From NCBI GenBank assembly GCA_049320885.1, contig JBMORA010000013.1, positions 64,001 to 128,000 of the forward strand: a stretch of 64,000 nt of DNA, given 5' to 3'. Made by a program: the position numbers and the translations under genes. Under the pieces are notes generated by a model. The model did not search any database. It was not told the origin of the DNA and saw only the letters and a list, made by a program, of their open reading frames with translations. Of this stretch, positions 38,887 to 48,775 are shown piece by piece; position 1 is the first letter of the stretch, and each line of letters starts with the position of its first letter. This DNA is from Thermodesulfobacteriota bacterium (lineage in GTDB: Bacteria; Desulfobacterota; Desulfobacteria; Desulfobacterales; SURF-7).

Positions 38887-40244
38887 GCAGCGACCTCCCT
38901 GACATCGATTTTACCCGTTACGGCGGCGGTGATCAGGGCTGTGCGGTATTCCCGGAGTCGTTCGATGATGATTTCGATCTTGTCGACCGATTGGTCGATT
39001 TTGGCAGTTTCGCGATTGAGAAAATTCGCGATGGCGTTTTGCTCTGGTAATGGAGGCTTTGGAAACCGGTAACGACGAAGTTTCTCTCCAGTGAGATGAT
39101 GAATGGTGTTTGGATTGCCTTCAGAAATAAATACCCCTTTTTGTGAAGCCCAGAAAAAAACATAGAACATGAACCGTGGTACTTCCTTACCATTTAGTGG
39201 CCGCATCCTGTGAAGTGCTTTTTGGTATCCTATTGAAGAGCCTTTTTGTTTGACAATTGCAGCTCTTCCGACCTCACCTCCTTCACAAACCAAGATATCG
39301 CCATCTTCTATTGTATATCTTTTTCTCTCATCATCTCTAATGTCCATTTCAGGTAAATCGTCGAAGTTGATATTGTCCCATTGGACATCAATATTACGAA
39401 GGTAGGGAACCAAACACTCGCCTGTTATTCGATTTTCATTCAGCATCTTGCCGAGTTCTATCGAATAGCGGGTATATAGCGGTGGTGTTTCCCAATGCTC
39501 TGGTACATCGCCGAGCCATTCTATGCCGGAAGGTTTGAGCTTGGGGTACGGATCGAGGCCGGCAGCGCGGGCTGCTTCAGGCGGGAGTCCTCGGGTGACC
39601 GTGCGCGAGATGAGTGCGGTGCGCTTTTCCTTCAGCTTCTCGATCAACTCTCGCTTTTTCGATAACAGCTTGTCGATCTTTGCAGTTTCTCGATCGAGAA
39701 AAATAGCGATGGTGTCCTGTTCGAGCATACAAGGAACAGATATAAATAAGTCTGTATATTTCTCAGCGCTTACATTCTGAATAGTAGTTTGTATATATAC
39801 TGAAGATAACCATTGCCAGTAGCTATTCGAAGCTGTAAAATATCGGACATAAGCAGGAAGTGCTTTCTTACTATGAAGCCTGGCTCTAATCAAATAGCCT
39901 GCATATGCGCAATTTCCCCAGCTTTTTTTATATAGAAAAGTCTTCCCGGCAGTGGCCCCACTTCTAGCAAAGAGCAAGTCCCCCTCTTTTAGTAAAAACG
40001 GCGAAGCAACTTCATTTGGAAGAGAACGGAATGTTTCATCACGCAAATTACCAAGCTCGTCAATATCCGTTATTCTTATATAGCGGGGCAAATCTGGATC
40101 ATCCAATTCAGCTGACTCATTAGCACCATATTTGAGAACTTCGACAAGTAAAAACTTCAGCCGCTTCACTCCCCAACCCTCCGGCACATCCCCCAGCCAT
40201 TCGACACCGCTGGGCTTGTATTTGGGATAGGCAGGATATTTCAT
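38883..40244 (-). CDS. hsdS: Type I RM specificity subunit
   Basis: Repeated KPSG(V/I)EWLGDVPE.W and EQ..IA.FL.RETAKID; ends ALITAAVTGKIDVR; two AT-rich TRDs. Confidence 0.95.
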   Translation of the reverse strand: MKYPAYPKYKPSGVEWLGDVPEGWGVKRLKFLLVEVLKYGANESAELDDPDLPRYIRITDIDELGNLRDETFRSLPNEVASPFLLKEGDLLFARSGATAGKTFLYKKSWGNCAYAGYLIRARLHSKKALPAYVRYFTASNSYWQWLSSVYIQTTIQNVSAEKYTDLFISVPCMLEQDTIAIFLDRETAKIDKLLSKKRELIEKLKEKRTALISRTVTRGLPPEAARAAGLDPYPKLKPSGIEWLGDVPEHWETPPLYTRYSIELGKMLNENRITGECLVPYLRNIDVQWDNINFDDLPEMDIRDDERKRYTIEDGDILVCEGGEVGRAAIVKQKGSSIGYQKALHRMRPLNGKEVPRFMFYVFFWASQKGVFISEGNPNTIHHLTGEKLRRYRFPKPPLPEQNAIANFLNRETAKIDQSVDKIEIIIERLREYRTALITAAVTGKIDVREVAA

Positions 40245-40344
40245 TCCATGCCCCCGGATTGCCCCAATTCGTGTTCGATTTTCCTGATAATAAGAGAAGA
40301 AGCATATTCTAATATACCTTTTATACGGAATCTAATTTTAAAAA

Positions 40345-40444
40345 TTTTCACCACGAAGGACACGAAGGAAAGCTCTATATATGAAGCATATCCTGGAAAA
40401 TCTTCGTGACCTTCGTGTACTTCAGCGAAGCGGGTGGTGGAAAA
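40345..40444. repeat. Palindromic REP-like element between hsdM and hsdS
   Basis: CACGAAGGACACGAAG ... CTTCGTGACCTTCGTG (15/16 complementary); outer TTTTCACCAC / GTGGTGGAAAA. Confidence 0.7.
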
Positions 40445-40572
40445 TATTGTGACATTCTTTTTCCTGTAAAACCATATGGTAGTAATTACAAGATCCCTTA
40501 GCAGAACGAACATCTGCAATTGTGCCGCGCCCTTTGGCACAATTGAACGTGTTTCCATTTTGCCGGACTTTT

Positions 40573-42669
40573 TCACGCCGTCACCTCTTTCAGCAAAGCC
40601 AGTATCTCACCTTCCAGCGTCTTGATCTCCGCTTCGATGACCTCTAGGGGGCGCGGCGGTTCGTAGCAATAGAAATGCCGGTTAAGCGGAATCTCATAGC
40701 CGATCTTGGTTTTGTCGTGGTCGATCCAGGCGTCCGGCACATGGGGCAGGACTTCGCGCTGAAAATAGGCCGCGATATTCTCCTTGAGGGGCACGCTCTC
40801 GGTGTCGCGCAGTTCGGGATCGGGTTCGGGATTGCCGTGCTTGTCCACACAGATTTCGGCGGTTTCGTCGCGCTCGCCCAGGGCGCTCTGGATGGCCTTG
40901 AGTTCCGCGCCGGAAAGACGCACACCCTGCTTGCGATCGATCTCCCGCAAATCCTGGAGAAACGTATTGCGGTCCTTGTACAGCTTGCCCTTGCCGGATG
41001 CGGCAAGCGCTCCCAGCAGGTCGCGGATTTGCTGCTGCCGTTGACGGCCGGTCTCGATTTCCGCCTGGGCCGCGGTCTCGCTTTTCTTGTTGCTGGCGGC
41101 CAAATTCTTGAAGGCGGTTTCCGTTTCCAATCGTTCCATGCGCTCGGCCGTCACCTGAAAATTGAGCCGTAGGGGGCGTTCCACCGTGATCTTGTGAAAG
41201 CCGAAGTCCGCGTTTTCGAATACCTTGCTCACCACCCGGGTCTTCTGAAGGCCGTTGGTGCTGAAATTCCAGGTTTCGCCATCCTGGAAATTGCCGAAGA
41301 TGCGCGCGATATCGCCGATCTGATCCGGTTCACCCTCATCCGTGTCGCCGATCTTGTTGCGCTTGTTGCCCAGGCTCTTGCGCATCTTGATGAAAAACTG
41401 CCGGGCGTCGATGAGTTGAATCCTGCCCTTGCGCGGGGATTCCTTGCGGTTGGTCAAAATCCAGATATAGGTGAAAATGCCGGTGTTGTAAAAAAGCTGG
41501 TCGGGCAGGGCCACCACGGCCTCCAGCCAGTCGTTCTCGATGATCCACTGGCGGATGTTGCTTTCACCGCTGCCTGCGTCGCCGGTGAAGAGCGGCGAGC
41601 CGTTGAAGACGATGGCGATGCGGCTGCCGCCGTCCTTGGGGCCGCGCATCTTGGAAATCATGTGCTGGAGGAAAAGCAGGGAGCCGTCGTTGATGCGCGG
41701 CAGCCCGGCCCCGAAGCGGCCTTCGTATCCCAGGGTCTCGCTTTCCTTTTTGATGTCCTTTAATTGTTGCTTCCATTCCACGCCGAAAGGCGGATTGGCC
41801 AGCATATAATCAAAGGTGATCCGTTTGCCGTCGGCGGAGCGGTCGAAACCGTCCCGGGTAAAGGTGTCGCCCAGGCGGATGTTGTCGGCGTCCTCGCCTT
41901 TTATGAGCATGTCGGACTTGCAGACGGCCCAGGCTTCATCGTTCCAGTCCTGGCCGAAAAGCAGGGGATTGGCCTGGGAGTTGAGGTTGCGGATGTAATT
42001 CTCGGCCACCGACAGCATGCCGCCGGTGCCGCAGGCCGGGTCATAAATGGTTTTCACCACATGGCTGCGGCGCAGATCCTTTTCCGGGGAAAGCAGCAGG
42101 TTGACCATCAGCTTGATCACCTCCCTGGGGGTGAAATGCTCCCCGGCCTCCTCATTGGCTTGCTCCGCGCCGATCCGGATCAGTTCCTCGAAAACATACC
42201 CCATCTGCAGGCTGTCGACCCGTTCGGAAAGATCGATCTTGGCAAACGCCTTGATCACCTCATACAGCAAATTCTTCTCGGCCATGCGCGCAATCTGCTG
42301 GTCAAAGGCGAAACGTTCCATGATCTCGCGCACGTTCTTGGAAAACCCGTTGATGTAGGCGTTCAAATTCGGTGCAAGTTGCGGCGAGTCGTCGAGCAAT
42401 TTCGGCAGATCCAGTTTGGAGAGGTTATAAAACGGCTTCCCGGTGATTTTCTCCAGCAGGCTGCGCACGACGTTTTCCGGTTTGGCCTGGATAGCAGCGT
42501 ACTCTTTCAGCACCTTGTCCTTGGTGGGTGCCAGCAGACAATCAAAGCGCCGCAACACGGTCAACGGCAGGATGACCTTGCGGTATTCATTGCGTTTATA
42601 GGGTCCCCTGAGGAGGTTGCAGATGCTCCAGATGAAATTGGCCAGCTGGGAGTGGGTTGCTTCGTTCAT
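40573..42669 (-). CDS. hsdM: Type I RM N6-adenine methyltransferase
   Basis: GEHFTPREV, YDPACGTGGML, NPPF, GSPLFTGDAGSGES, GYEIP. Confidence 0.97.
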   Translation of the reverse strand: MNEATHSQLANFIWSICNLLRGPYKRNEYRKVILPLTVLRRFDCLLAPTKDKVLKEYAAIQAKPENVVRSLLEKITGKPFYNLSKLDLPKLLDDSPQLAPNLNAYINGFSKNVREIMERFAFDQQIARMAEKNLLYEVIKAFAKIDLSERVDSLQMGYVFEELIRIGAEQANEEAGEHFTPREVIKLMVNLLLSPEKDLRRSHVVKTIYDPACGTGGMLSVAENYIRNLNSQANPLLFGQDWNDEAWAVCKSDMLIKGEDADNIRLGDTFTRDGFDRSADGKRITFDYMLANPPFGVEWKQQLKDIKKESETLGYEGRFGAGLPRINDGSLLFLQHMISKMRGPKDGGSRIAIVFNGSPLFTGDAGSGESNIRQWIIENDWLEAVVALPDQLFYNTGIFTYIWILTNRKESPRKGRIQLIDARQFFIKMRKSLGNKRNKIGDTDEGEPDQIGDIARIFGNFQDGETWNFSTNGLQKTRVVSKVFENADFGFHKITVERPLRLNFQVTAERMERLETETAFKNLAASNKKSETAAQAEIETGRQRQQQIRDLLGALAASGKGKLYKDRNTFLQDLREIDRKQGVRLSGAELKAIQSALGERDETAEICVDKHGNPEPDPELRDTESVPLKENIAAYFQREVLPHVPDAWIDHDKTKIGYEIPLNRHFYCYEPPRPLEVIEAEIKTLEGEILALLKEVTA

Positions 42670-42748
42670 CCGTATTCCCTTTGAAATGCAATAATGGTCG
42701 CGCTGTAATTATTAGGTTCATAATCAAATCCCTCCGATGTGTCAATTT

Positions 42749-42873
42749 TGATGAAATGGTAACAAGTCTTCTTTCCGTCACTCCCGCGAAGGCGGGAGTC
42801 CAGAACTATATGAAAGAACTGGATTCCCGCCTTCGCGGGAATGACAGAATATGGACTTGTTACCATTTCATCA
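42749..42873. mobile_element. Miniature inverted-repeat element enclosing a REP/dRS3-like palindrome pair
   Basis: Perfect 20-bp inverted ends TGATGAAATGGTAACAAGTC / GACTTGTTACCATTTCATCA; inner GTCACTCCCGCGAAGGCGGGAGTCCAG / CTGGATTCCCGCCTTCGCGGGAATGAC. Confidence 0.7.
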
Positions 42874-42970
42874 CCTTTCCCCTGGCCATTATTTGTGATT
42901 GACAGGTAGTCTGACCGATCATAAATCCATATAATCTGGCTGGACTCAAGATCGGACAAGGCATTTGAGA

Positions 42971-43900
42971 ATGATGGATGATATTATTCCACTGACCGAA
43001 AGACTGCATCTGGTTGGTTCTCCCACGAAGGGCAAATTCCCCCAGGCCTTTTCCTTTCTGGTCATGGGCACGGACACCCATGCCCTGATCGATACGGGCT
43101 GCGGTGAAAAGGCCTGCCGGGAGGTGATGGAAACCCATGGCGTGGACCTGATCATCAATTCCCACTGCCACCCGGACCATGTATCCGGCAATCACCTGTT
43201 CGCCGGCAAGGAACTCTGGGTGCCCCGGGAACGCGCGGCGGAAACCGGCGCCATCGAACGCCTCGCCGGCCGGCTGGTCGGCCCGGACCCGATCATCATG
43301 GACGCCTGGAAACATTTCGTCCGCAAGGACCTCGGGATGCGCGATTACCGCCACACCGGCACCTTCGGCGACAAGCAGCGCCTGGATTTCGGCGGCATAT
43401 CCCTCCTGGCGATCCACACCCCCGGCCACCTGGACGACCATTATTGTTTCCTGGAACCGGAAAACAATGTGCTCCTGACTTTTGATGTGGATCTCACCAC
43501 CTTCGGCCCTTTTTATGGAAATCCGGAAGCCGATCTCCCTTCTTTCAGGGCCTCCCTGGAAAAGATCCGGGCCATCGCGCCCAGCATGGTGGCATCCTCC
43601 CACCGCCTGCCGGTGCGCGACCGGATCGCGGAAGAACTCCAGGGCTTCGCGGTAAAAATCGACAGAAATCAAGCCAGGGTAGCCGCCGTGCTGGATGTGC
43701 CGCGCAGTCTGGATGACATCTGCGCACTGAAGCCGATCTATGGAAAATACATCCCGGGTCTGGAAGTTATCTACGGTTTTTTCGAACGCCAGATGGTGGA
43801 AAAGCATTTGCAGGAAATGGCAGCGGCCGGACTGGTGGCGAACCGGGGAAATGCATTTGTTCTGATTGCTCAACACACACCCGGTTCCCGGGCGAGCTGA
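42971..43900 (+). CDS. MBL-fold metallo-hydrolase
   Basis: LIDTG, SHCHPDH, HTPGH, FGPFYGN, SSH. Confidence 0.85.
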   Translation: MMDDIIPLTERLHLVGSPTKGKFPQAFSFLVMGTDTHALIDTGCGEKACREVMETHGVDLIINSHCHPDHVSGNHLFAGKELWVPRERAAETGAIERLAGRLVGPDPIIMDAWKHFVRKDLGMRDYRHTGTFGDKQRLDFGGISLLAIHTPGHLDDHYCFLEPENNVLLTFDVDLTTFGPFYGNPEADLPSFRASLEKIRAIAPSMVASSHRLPVRDRIAEELQGFAVKIDRNQARVAAVLDVPRSLDDICALKPIYGKYIPGLEVIYGFFERQMVEKHLQEMAAAGLVANRGNAFVLIAQHTPGSRAS

Positions 43901-44073
43901 GCAAAGAGTGATTTTCGTTGTTAACCGGCATGTTGATTCCATATCCGGTTCCGGATTTCCCCTTCGGCCGCGATTGACATTTTTTCTCGATTCCATTAAT
44001 AAGTTCTATGTTCATGGATCGCTGAGGATACACAACGGCAACGGGGAGCCTGTTTCCCGACGGAGAACCGGTC

Positions 44074-44919
44074 ATCGAAATCATTTCATCCATTCAACAG
44101 ATGCAGGATCGCTCCAACCGCCTGCGCCGAAACGGAAAAACCATTGTTTTCGTACCAACCATGGGCTTTCTGCACGACGGCCACCTGACCCTGCTGCGGG
44201 AAGGAAAAAAGCTGGGGGATGATCTGGTGCTGAGTATTTTCGTCAACCCGACCCAGTTCGGGCCCGCGGAGGATTTCGACGCCTACCCGCGGAACATGGA
44301 GCGGGATCTGGCCCTGGCCGAGGGGGCCGGCGTGAATGCCGTCTTCACACCCGACCGGTCTGATCTTTATGGCGCCGGCTACCAGACATATGTCCAATTG
44401 GAAAATCTTCCCAACCACCTGTGTGGAATTTCCCGGCCGACCCATTTCCGGGGCGTCGCGACCGTTGTCGCCAAGCTCTTCAACATCGTCAAACCCCAGA
44501 TCGCGATCTTCGGTCAAAAGGATTATCAGCAACTGGCTGTTATCCGGCGGATGGCCCGGGACCTGAACTTTGACATCGACATCCAGGGCAGCCCGACGGT
44601 GCGGGAAACCGACGGCCTGGCCATGAGCTCCCGCAACGCCTACCTATCCAGCGAGCAGCGGAAAAAAGCCGTCTGCCTTTTCCAGGCGTTGAACAAGGCC
44701 GGGGAATTGGTGAAAAATGGAGAAACATCCGCCGCAGTGATTCTGGACATGGTTCGGGGGTTGATTCTTTCTCAAACGGAAACCCGCATCGATTATATTT
44801 CCCTCTGCGACCCGGACACCCTGGAGGAGATGACGGCCATCGACAGGCCCGCGCTCCTTGCCCTGGCGGTTTTTATGGGGAAAACCCGCCTGATTGACAA
44901 CAAGCTGCTGGCTTTCTGA
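44074..44919 (+). CDS. panC: Pantoate--beta-alanine ligase (probable ATC start at 44074; first ATG at 44101)
   Basis: [51 protein letters not shown]. Confidence 0.95.
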   Translation: MEIISSIQQMQDRSNRLRRNGKTIVFVPTMGFLHDGHLTLLREGKKLGDDLVLSIFVNPTQFGPAEDFDAYPRNMERDLALAEGAGVNAVFTPDRSDLYGAGYQTYVQLENLPNHLCGISRPTHFRGVATVVAKLFNIVKPQIAIFGQKDYQQLAVIRRMARDLNFDIDIQGSPTVRETDGLAMSSRNAYLSSEQRKKAVCLFQALNKAGELVKNGETSAAVILDMVRGLILSQTETRIDYISLCDPDTLEEMTAIDRPALLALAVFMGKTRLIDNKLLAF

Positions 44920-44980
44920 AGGGCGGCTGAGATCGGTTTATGAATACCATCACCCCCAACAACGTTTCAAAGGAGACAGT

Positions 44981-46150
44981 ATGAGCAACGACAGTTATTT
45001 TTTTACTTCCGAATCGGTTACCGAAGGTCATCCGGATAAAGTCGCCGATGCGATCTCGGACTCGATTCTCGACGCCATAATGGCCAAGGACAAGAAATGC
45101 CGGGTGGCTTGTGAAACCCTGGTCACCACCGGTATCGCCTTCATCGCCGGCGAAATCACCACCGAATGTTACGTGGATATGCCCCAGATCGTCCGGGACA
45201 CCATCAAGGAAATCGGCTACCATTCTTCGCAAATGGGTTTCGACTGGCGGACCTGCTCGGTGATCACCAGTATCGACCATCAGAGCGAAGACATCGCCAT
45301 CGGCGTCAACGTCGATCAAGGTCTTTTCAAGGAGCAGGGCGCCGGCGATCAGGGATTGATGTTCGGCTATGCCACCGATGAAACTCCCGAGCTGATGCCC
45401 ATGCCCATCATGTTCGCCCACAAGCTGACCAAGCGGCTCGCCACGGTTCGGAAAAACGGGGCCCTCGATTTCCTGAGACCGGACGGCAAATCCCAGGTCA
45501 CCATCCAGTATGAGGGTGACGATCCGAAACGGGTGGATACGGTGGTGGTTTCCACCCAGCACAAACCCGACATCACCTACGAGGATCTCAAGGAAGCCGT
45601 CATCGAAGAGGTCATCAAGAAAGTGATCCCCCCGGAATTGATTGACGGCGACACGCGCTATTTCATCAATCCCACCGGAAAATTCATCATCGGCGGCCCC
45701 ATGGGCGACTGCGGCCTGACCGGCAGAAAAATCATCGTCGATACCTATGGCGGGCAGGGAAGGCACGGCGGCGGTTGTTTTTCCGGCAAGGACCCCTCCA
45801 AGGTGGACCGCAGCGCAGCCTATATGGGCAGATATATCGCCAAGAACATCGTTGCCGCCGGACTGGCCAGAAAATGCGAGATCCAGGTGGCCTATGCCAT
45901 CGGCGTGGCCCAGCCGGTATCCATCCTGGTCAATACCATGGGTACGGAAAAAATTCCGCGGAACCGGATTGTCGAAATCGTCCGGGAAGTATTCGACCTG
46001 CGACCCGCGGCGATCATCGAAAAGCTCGATCTGCTGCGGCCCATCTACCGCAAGACGGCCGCTTACGGGCATTTCGGCCGCTCGGAACCGGAATTCAGCT
46101 GGGAAAAAACCGATATGATCGATATCATCAAGGGCAAAGCGGGGAAATAA
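44981..46150 (+). CDS. metK: S-adenosylmethionine synthetase
   Basis: [43 protein letters not shown]. Confidence 0.98.
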   Translation: MSNDSYFFTSESVTEGHPDKVADAISDSILDAIMAKDKKCRVACETLVTTGIAFIAGEITTECYVDMPQIVRDTIKEIGYHSSQMGFDWRTCSVITSIDHQSEDIAIGVNVDQGLFKEQGAGDQGLMFGYATDETPELMPMPIMFAHKLTKRLATVRKNGALDFLRPDGKSQVTIQYEGDDPKRVDTVVVSTQHKPDITYEDLKEAVIEEVIKKVIPPELIDGDTRYFINPTGKFIIGGPMGDCGLTGRKIIVDTYGGQGRHGGGCFSGKDPSKVDRSAAYMGRYIAKNIVAAGLARKCEIQVAYAIGVAQPVSILVNTMGTEKIPRNRIVEIVREVFDLRPAAIIEKLDLLRPIYRKTAAYGHFGRSEPEFSWEKTDMIDIIKGKAGK

Positions 46151-46156
46151 TAAACT

Positions 46157-46187
46157 GGCGGAAGATGGCAGGCTGCCATCTTCCGCC
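46157..46187. terminator. Hairpin between convergent genes (probable terminator)
   Basis: GGCGGAAGATGGCAG-G-CTGCCATCTTCCGCC perfect inverted repeat; no strong U tract. Confidence 0.65.
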
Positions 46188-46196
46188 CCTCTATTA

Positions 46197-47006
46197 TTAT
46201 TCTTTCACTTTTTCATCCCGTACTTTATTCCAGCGCACCCATTCGTTTTCATCCGCCTGAATGGAAAACCGGAACGGTTTCGAGGTCGTACCGTCCGGAT
46301 GAATGTTGATCTGCTGCATGTTTTTCAGAATATGCATCCATTCCGTCACGGATACGCGCCGCGGTCCGGGTATGGGGCGGGGACCGCCCACCGGACGGGG
46401 TCCGGAAACCGGCTTGGACTCTTTCAGCTGCTGAAAAGCGGCGGTTGTCTCATCTGCCTGGGCCCTGCTTTGAACCACGACCTCACCCCGGTACACCTTC
46501 ACCTCCGCCGAATCATCCGCATTGACATTCATCCGGTAGGTCGTCCCGCGAACACCGGCGACCGCCGTCTTGGTGCTCAGGGCAAACCGGCCGCGGTTGG
46601 AAAACAGACGCGACACCTTGGCCCAGGCCTTTCCCAGGATGACCCGGACACGGATATCCCGCCGTTGATCCGTTTGGTCCAAGTCCACGGTTTCCAGTTC
46701 AAAGGAGGTGTCTTCATCAAAGCGGATAAAACTGTTGTCCGGCAGTTTGACTTCAATCCGGGAGTTTTTTCCGGTTCGAATCCGGTCTCCCCGGGAAAGG
46801 GTCTGACCCTGGGACAGGGACTTGATGATCTGACCGTCTATTGAAATCAGGGTCGCCGTTCCCGAAAGATAGGTGATGGTTGCATTGCCCCGCCCCATTT
46901 TGATGACGGCGGGCTGACCGGCGGACACCGGATGGTTGTGCGACACACCGGCCGCCATCATCCCGAACACCGCAATCCACGCAATCCATATGATCCTTTG
47001 ATTCAT
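46197..47006 (-). CDS. Secreted FecR-domain protein
   Basis: Signal peptide; GDRIRTG..SRIEVKLPDNSFIRFDEDT, TKTAVAGVRGT, VKVYRGEVVV. Confidence 0.85.
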   Translation of the reverse strand: MNQRIIWIAWIAVFGMMAAGVSHNHPVSAGQPAVIKMGRGNATITYLSGTATLISIDGQIIKSLSQGQTLSRGDRIRTGKNSRIEVKLPDNSFIRFDEDTSFELETVDLDQTDQRRDIRVRVILGKAWAKVSRLFSNRGRFALSTKTAVAGVRGTTYRMNVNADDSAEVKVYRGEVVVQSRAQADETTAAFQQLKESKPVSGPRPVGGPRPIPGPRRVSVTEWMHILKNMQQINIHPDGTTSKPFRFSIQADENEWVRWNKVRDEKVKE

Positions 47007-47025
47007 GTCTCTCCTTGTTTGATGC

Positions 47026-47880
47026 TCAATTCATTGCAATCATGACCCGGCACTGCTTCAGCAGAGAAAGATTTTCGGAAGAACTCCTCAATTTAGCGGC
47101 ATCGGCATTGCTGATGACGATATCCGACCGCCCCTCCCCTTCCGCCCGCAGCCCCTTGACCACCAAAGGGTTGCCCGCCACGCGGGAATCCTCCATGGCG
47201 CTTTTGAGCTCGGTGGCGTATCCGCACATGCCCTGCTGAATCGCATTTTCCCGGCTGACATAGGCGGCGCCGTAGACTTCCTGCCCGCCCTCATCCAGAA
47301 TTCGCGGCGACATGGCCGGTTTGGCGCCTAGCCCGAGGGCGTCCACCACCAATCCGGTGAATCCCTGAGCCAGACTTCCGGATTCCGTTCCCGCAGCCCC
47401 GGTTGCCGGCGGCTGGGTTTTGATCGGTTCAACCTGTTTTATATCCTGGGGCAGCATCAATTGGGCGAACCCGCCGCCCAGATTCATTTCCACGGTTACC
47501 TCCACCGTGCCGTCTTCAAAATACTCCGTCTTGGTGACCCGAGCGCCCTGGATCATACCGTTCACCTGGGTGCGAACGGTATCGTCCGTCAGCATGAAAT
47601 TCTCAACCGTGGTACTGGATTGAAGCTGAATCCCCTTGACCACCTCCATCAGATTCCGGTAGGCCACGATTCGGGCCGCGGTGATGGCCATGGGCCGGGC
47701 CTGGGGTTTTCCATAGGACCATTCCGGCGGCGCGCCGATACCCACCGCGCTCACGATATTGCTGCTCCAGTTGACGCTGCCATTGTCCATTTTTTCCACA
47801 TACTGGCCTTGATCCCCGCAAAAACCTGTCTGCAAAAAAAACAGCCAGACTGCAATCACGATTACCGCAAGACGTTTCAT
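47026..47880 (-). CDS. LPP20-like secreted protein
   Basis: Signal peptide; VNWS....A.GIGAPP, AARIVAYRNLME.VKG, FTGLVVDA.GL..KPAMSPRILDE.G.EVYG. Confidence 0.7.
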   Translation of the reverse strand: MKRLAVIVIAVWLFFLQTGFCGDQGQYVEKMDNGSVNWSSNIVSAVGIGAPPEWSYGKPQARPMAITAARIVAYRNLMEVVKGIQLQSSTTVENFMLTDDTVRTQVNGMIQGARVTKTEYFEDGTVEVTVEMNLGGGFAQLMLPQDIKQVEPIKTQPPATGAAGTESGSLAQGFTGLVVDALGLGAKPAMSPRILDEGGQEVYGAAYVSRENAIQQGMCGYATELKSAMEDSRVAGNPLVVKGLRAEGEGRSDIVISNADAAKLRSSSENLSLLKQCRVMIAMN

Positions 47881-47928
47881 ATGCCCCCCTTCTTCTGCGT
47901 ATCCAAATCATTCCGCTTGGATGATGTA

Positions 47929-48621
47929 TCAGCCCGTTGCGTTGGTATATTTTCGTTTCAGTTTCTGCAAATCCAGAATCTGGATATGATTGCCCTTCAT
48001 GGTGATCACCTTTTTCTCCTTCAGGGCGCGCAGTTCCTTGTTGATGCTCTCGCGCGTCGCGCCGATCATGTCCCCTAGCTCCTTCTGGGTAAGGGACAGC
48101 TCGATGTGGATTCCCGTCTCGTCTTTCCGGCCATGGGAAAGCGCCAGCTCCACAAGCTTTTTGGCCAGGCGGATGGAAATGCTTAAAAAACAAGTGTCTT
48201 CCAGCATTTCATCCGTGGAGCGCAACCGTTTCGACAACAGGGCCAGAATGGACTTGATGGCATTGAGATTGGATTGAAGAAAATGCAAAAAGTCGTTTCG
48301 GCGCAATACCAGCACTTCCGACGCGTCGATGGCGATGGCATCCGCCGATCGCGGTTCACCGTCCAGCAGCGACATCTCCCCGAAAAACTCCCCTTCCGGT
48401 AAAATGGTCACAATGATTTCATCGCCGATGCGGGACGGCAATACGATTTTAATGGTCCCGCGCCGGACGATATACAACGCCGTGCCCTCATCACCCTTAT
48501 GAAACAAGGTCTGGCCGGGTTTGAGGGACATGAGTCGTGTCGATGTGGCCAGGCTGGTCAGATCCGACTCCTCCAGCGACGCGAAAAGCGGAATCTGCCT
48601 TATCAGGTCTATCGTTCCCAC
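47929..48621 (-). CDS. Crp/Fnr-family transcriptional regulator (start uncertain, GTG at 48621)
   Basis: IPLFASL, FFGEMSLLDGEPRSADA cNMP pocket, LTQKELGDMIGATRESINK HTH. Confidence 0.92.
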   Translation of the reverse strand: MGTIDLIRQIPLFASLEESDLTSLATSTRLMSLKPGQTLFHKGDEGTALYIVRRGTIKIVLPSRIGDEIIVTILPEGEFFGEMSLLDGEPRSADAIAIDASEVLVLRRNDFLHFLQSNLNAIKSILALLSKRLRSTDEMLEDTCFLSISIRLAKKLVELALSHGRKDETGIHIELSLTQKELGDMIGATRESINKELRALKEKKVITMKGNHIQILDLQKLKRKYTNATG

Positions 48622-48775
48622 AATTATTGAACCTTTCTGAATCCAAACAGCTTCGGTTTGCCCTGGGTGTTTTCTGCCAACCTCCACCGGAAATCCGGTC
48701 CCGGATTCCATCCCGGATGGAACAAACCCGGAAACCGCTCCATGGACTTGTTTTTATCGTCTTTCCATAAATCCA

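Noticed and set aside
34078..42873. Calling the RM locus an integrative element
   Set aside because: No integrase, transposase, tRNA target or flanking direct repeats found
42596..42959. Short ORFs over the palindromic element (42596-42781, 42657-42902, 42666-42959)
   Set aside because: They are translations of the repeat (VIPAKAGIQ / LDSRLRG) and intergenic DNA, not credible genes
44920..44980. SAM riboswitch before metK
   Set aside because: The gap is only ~60 bp and has no recognisable aptamer elements
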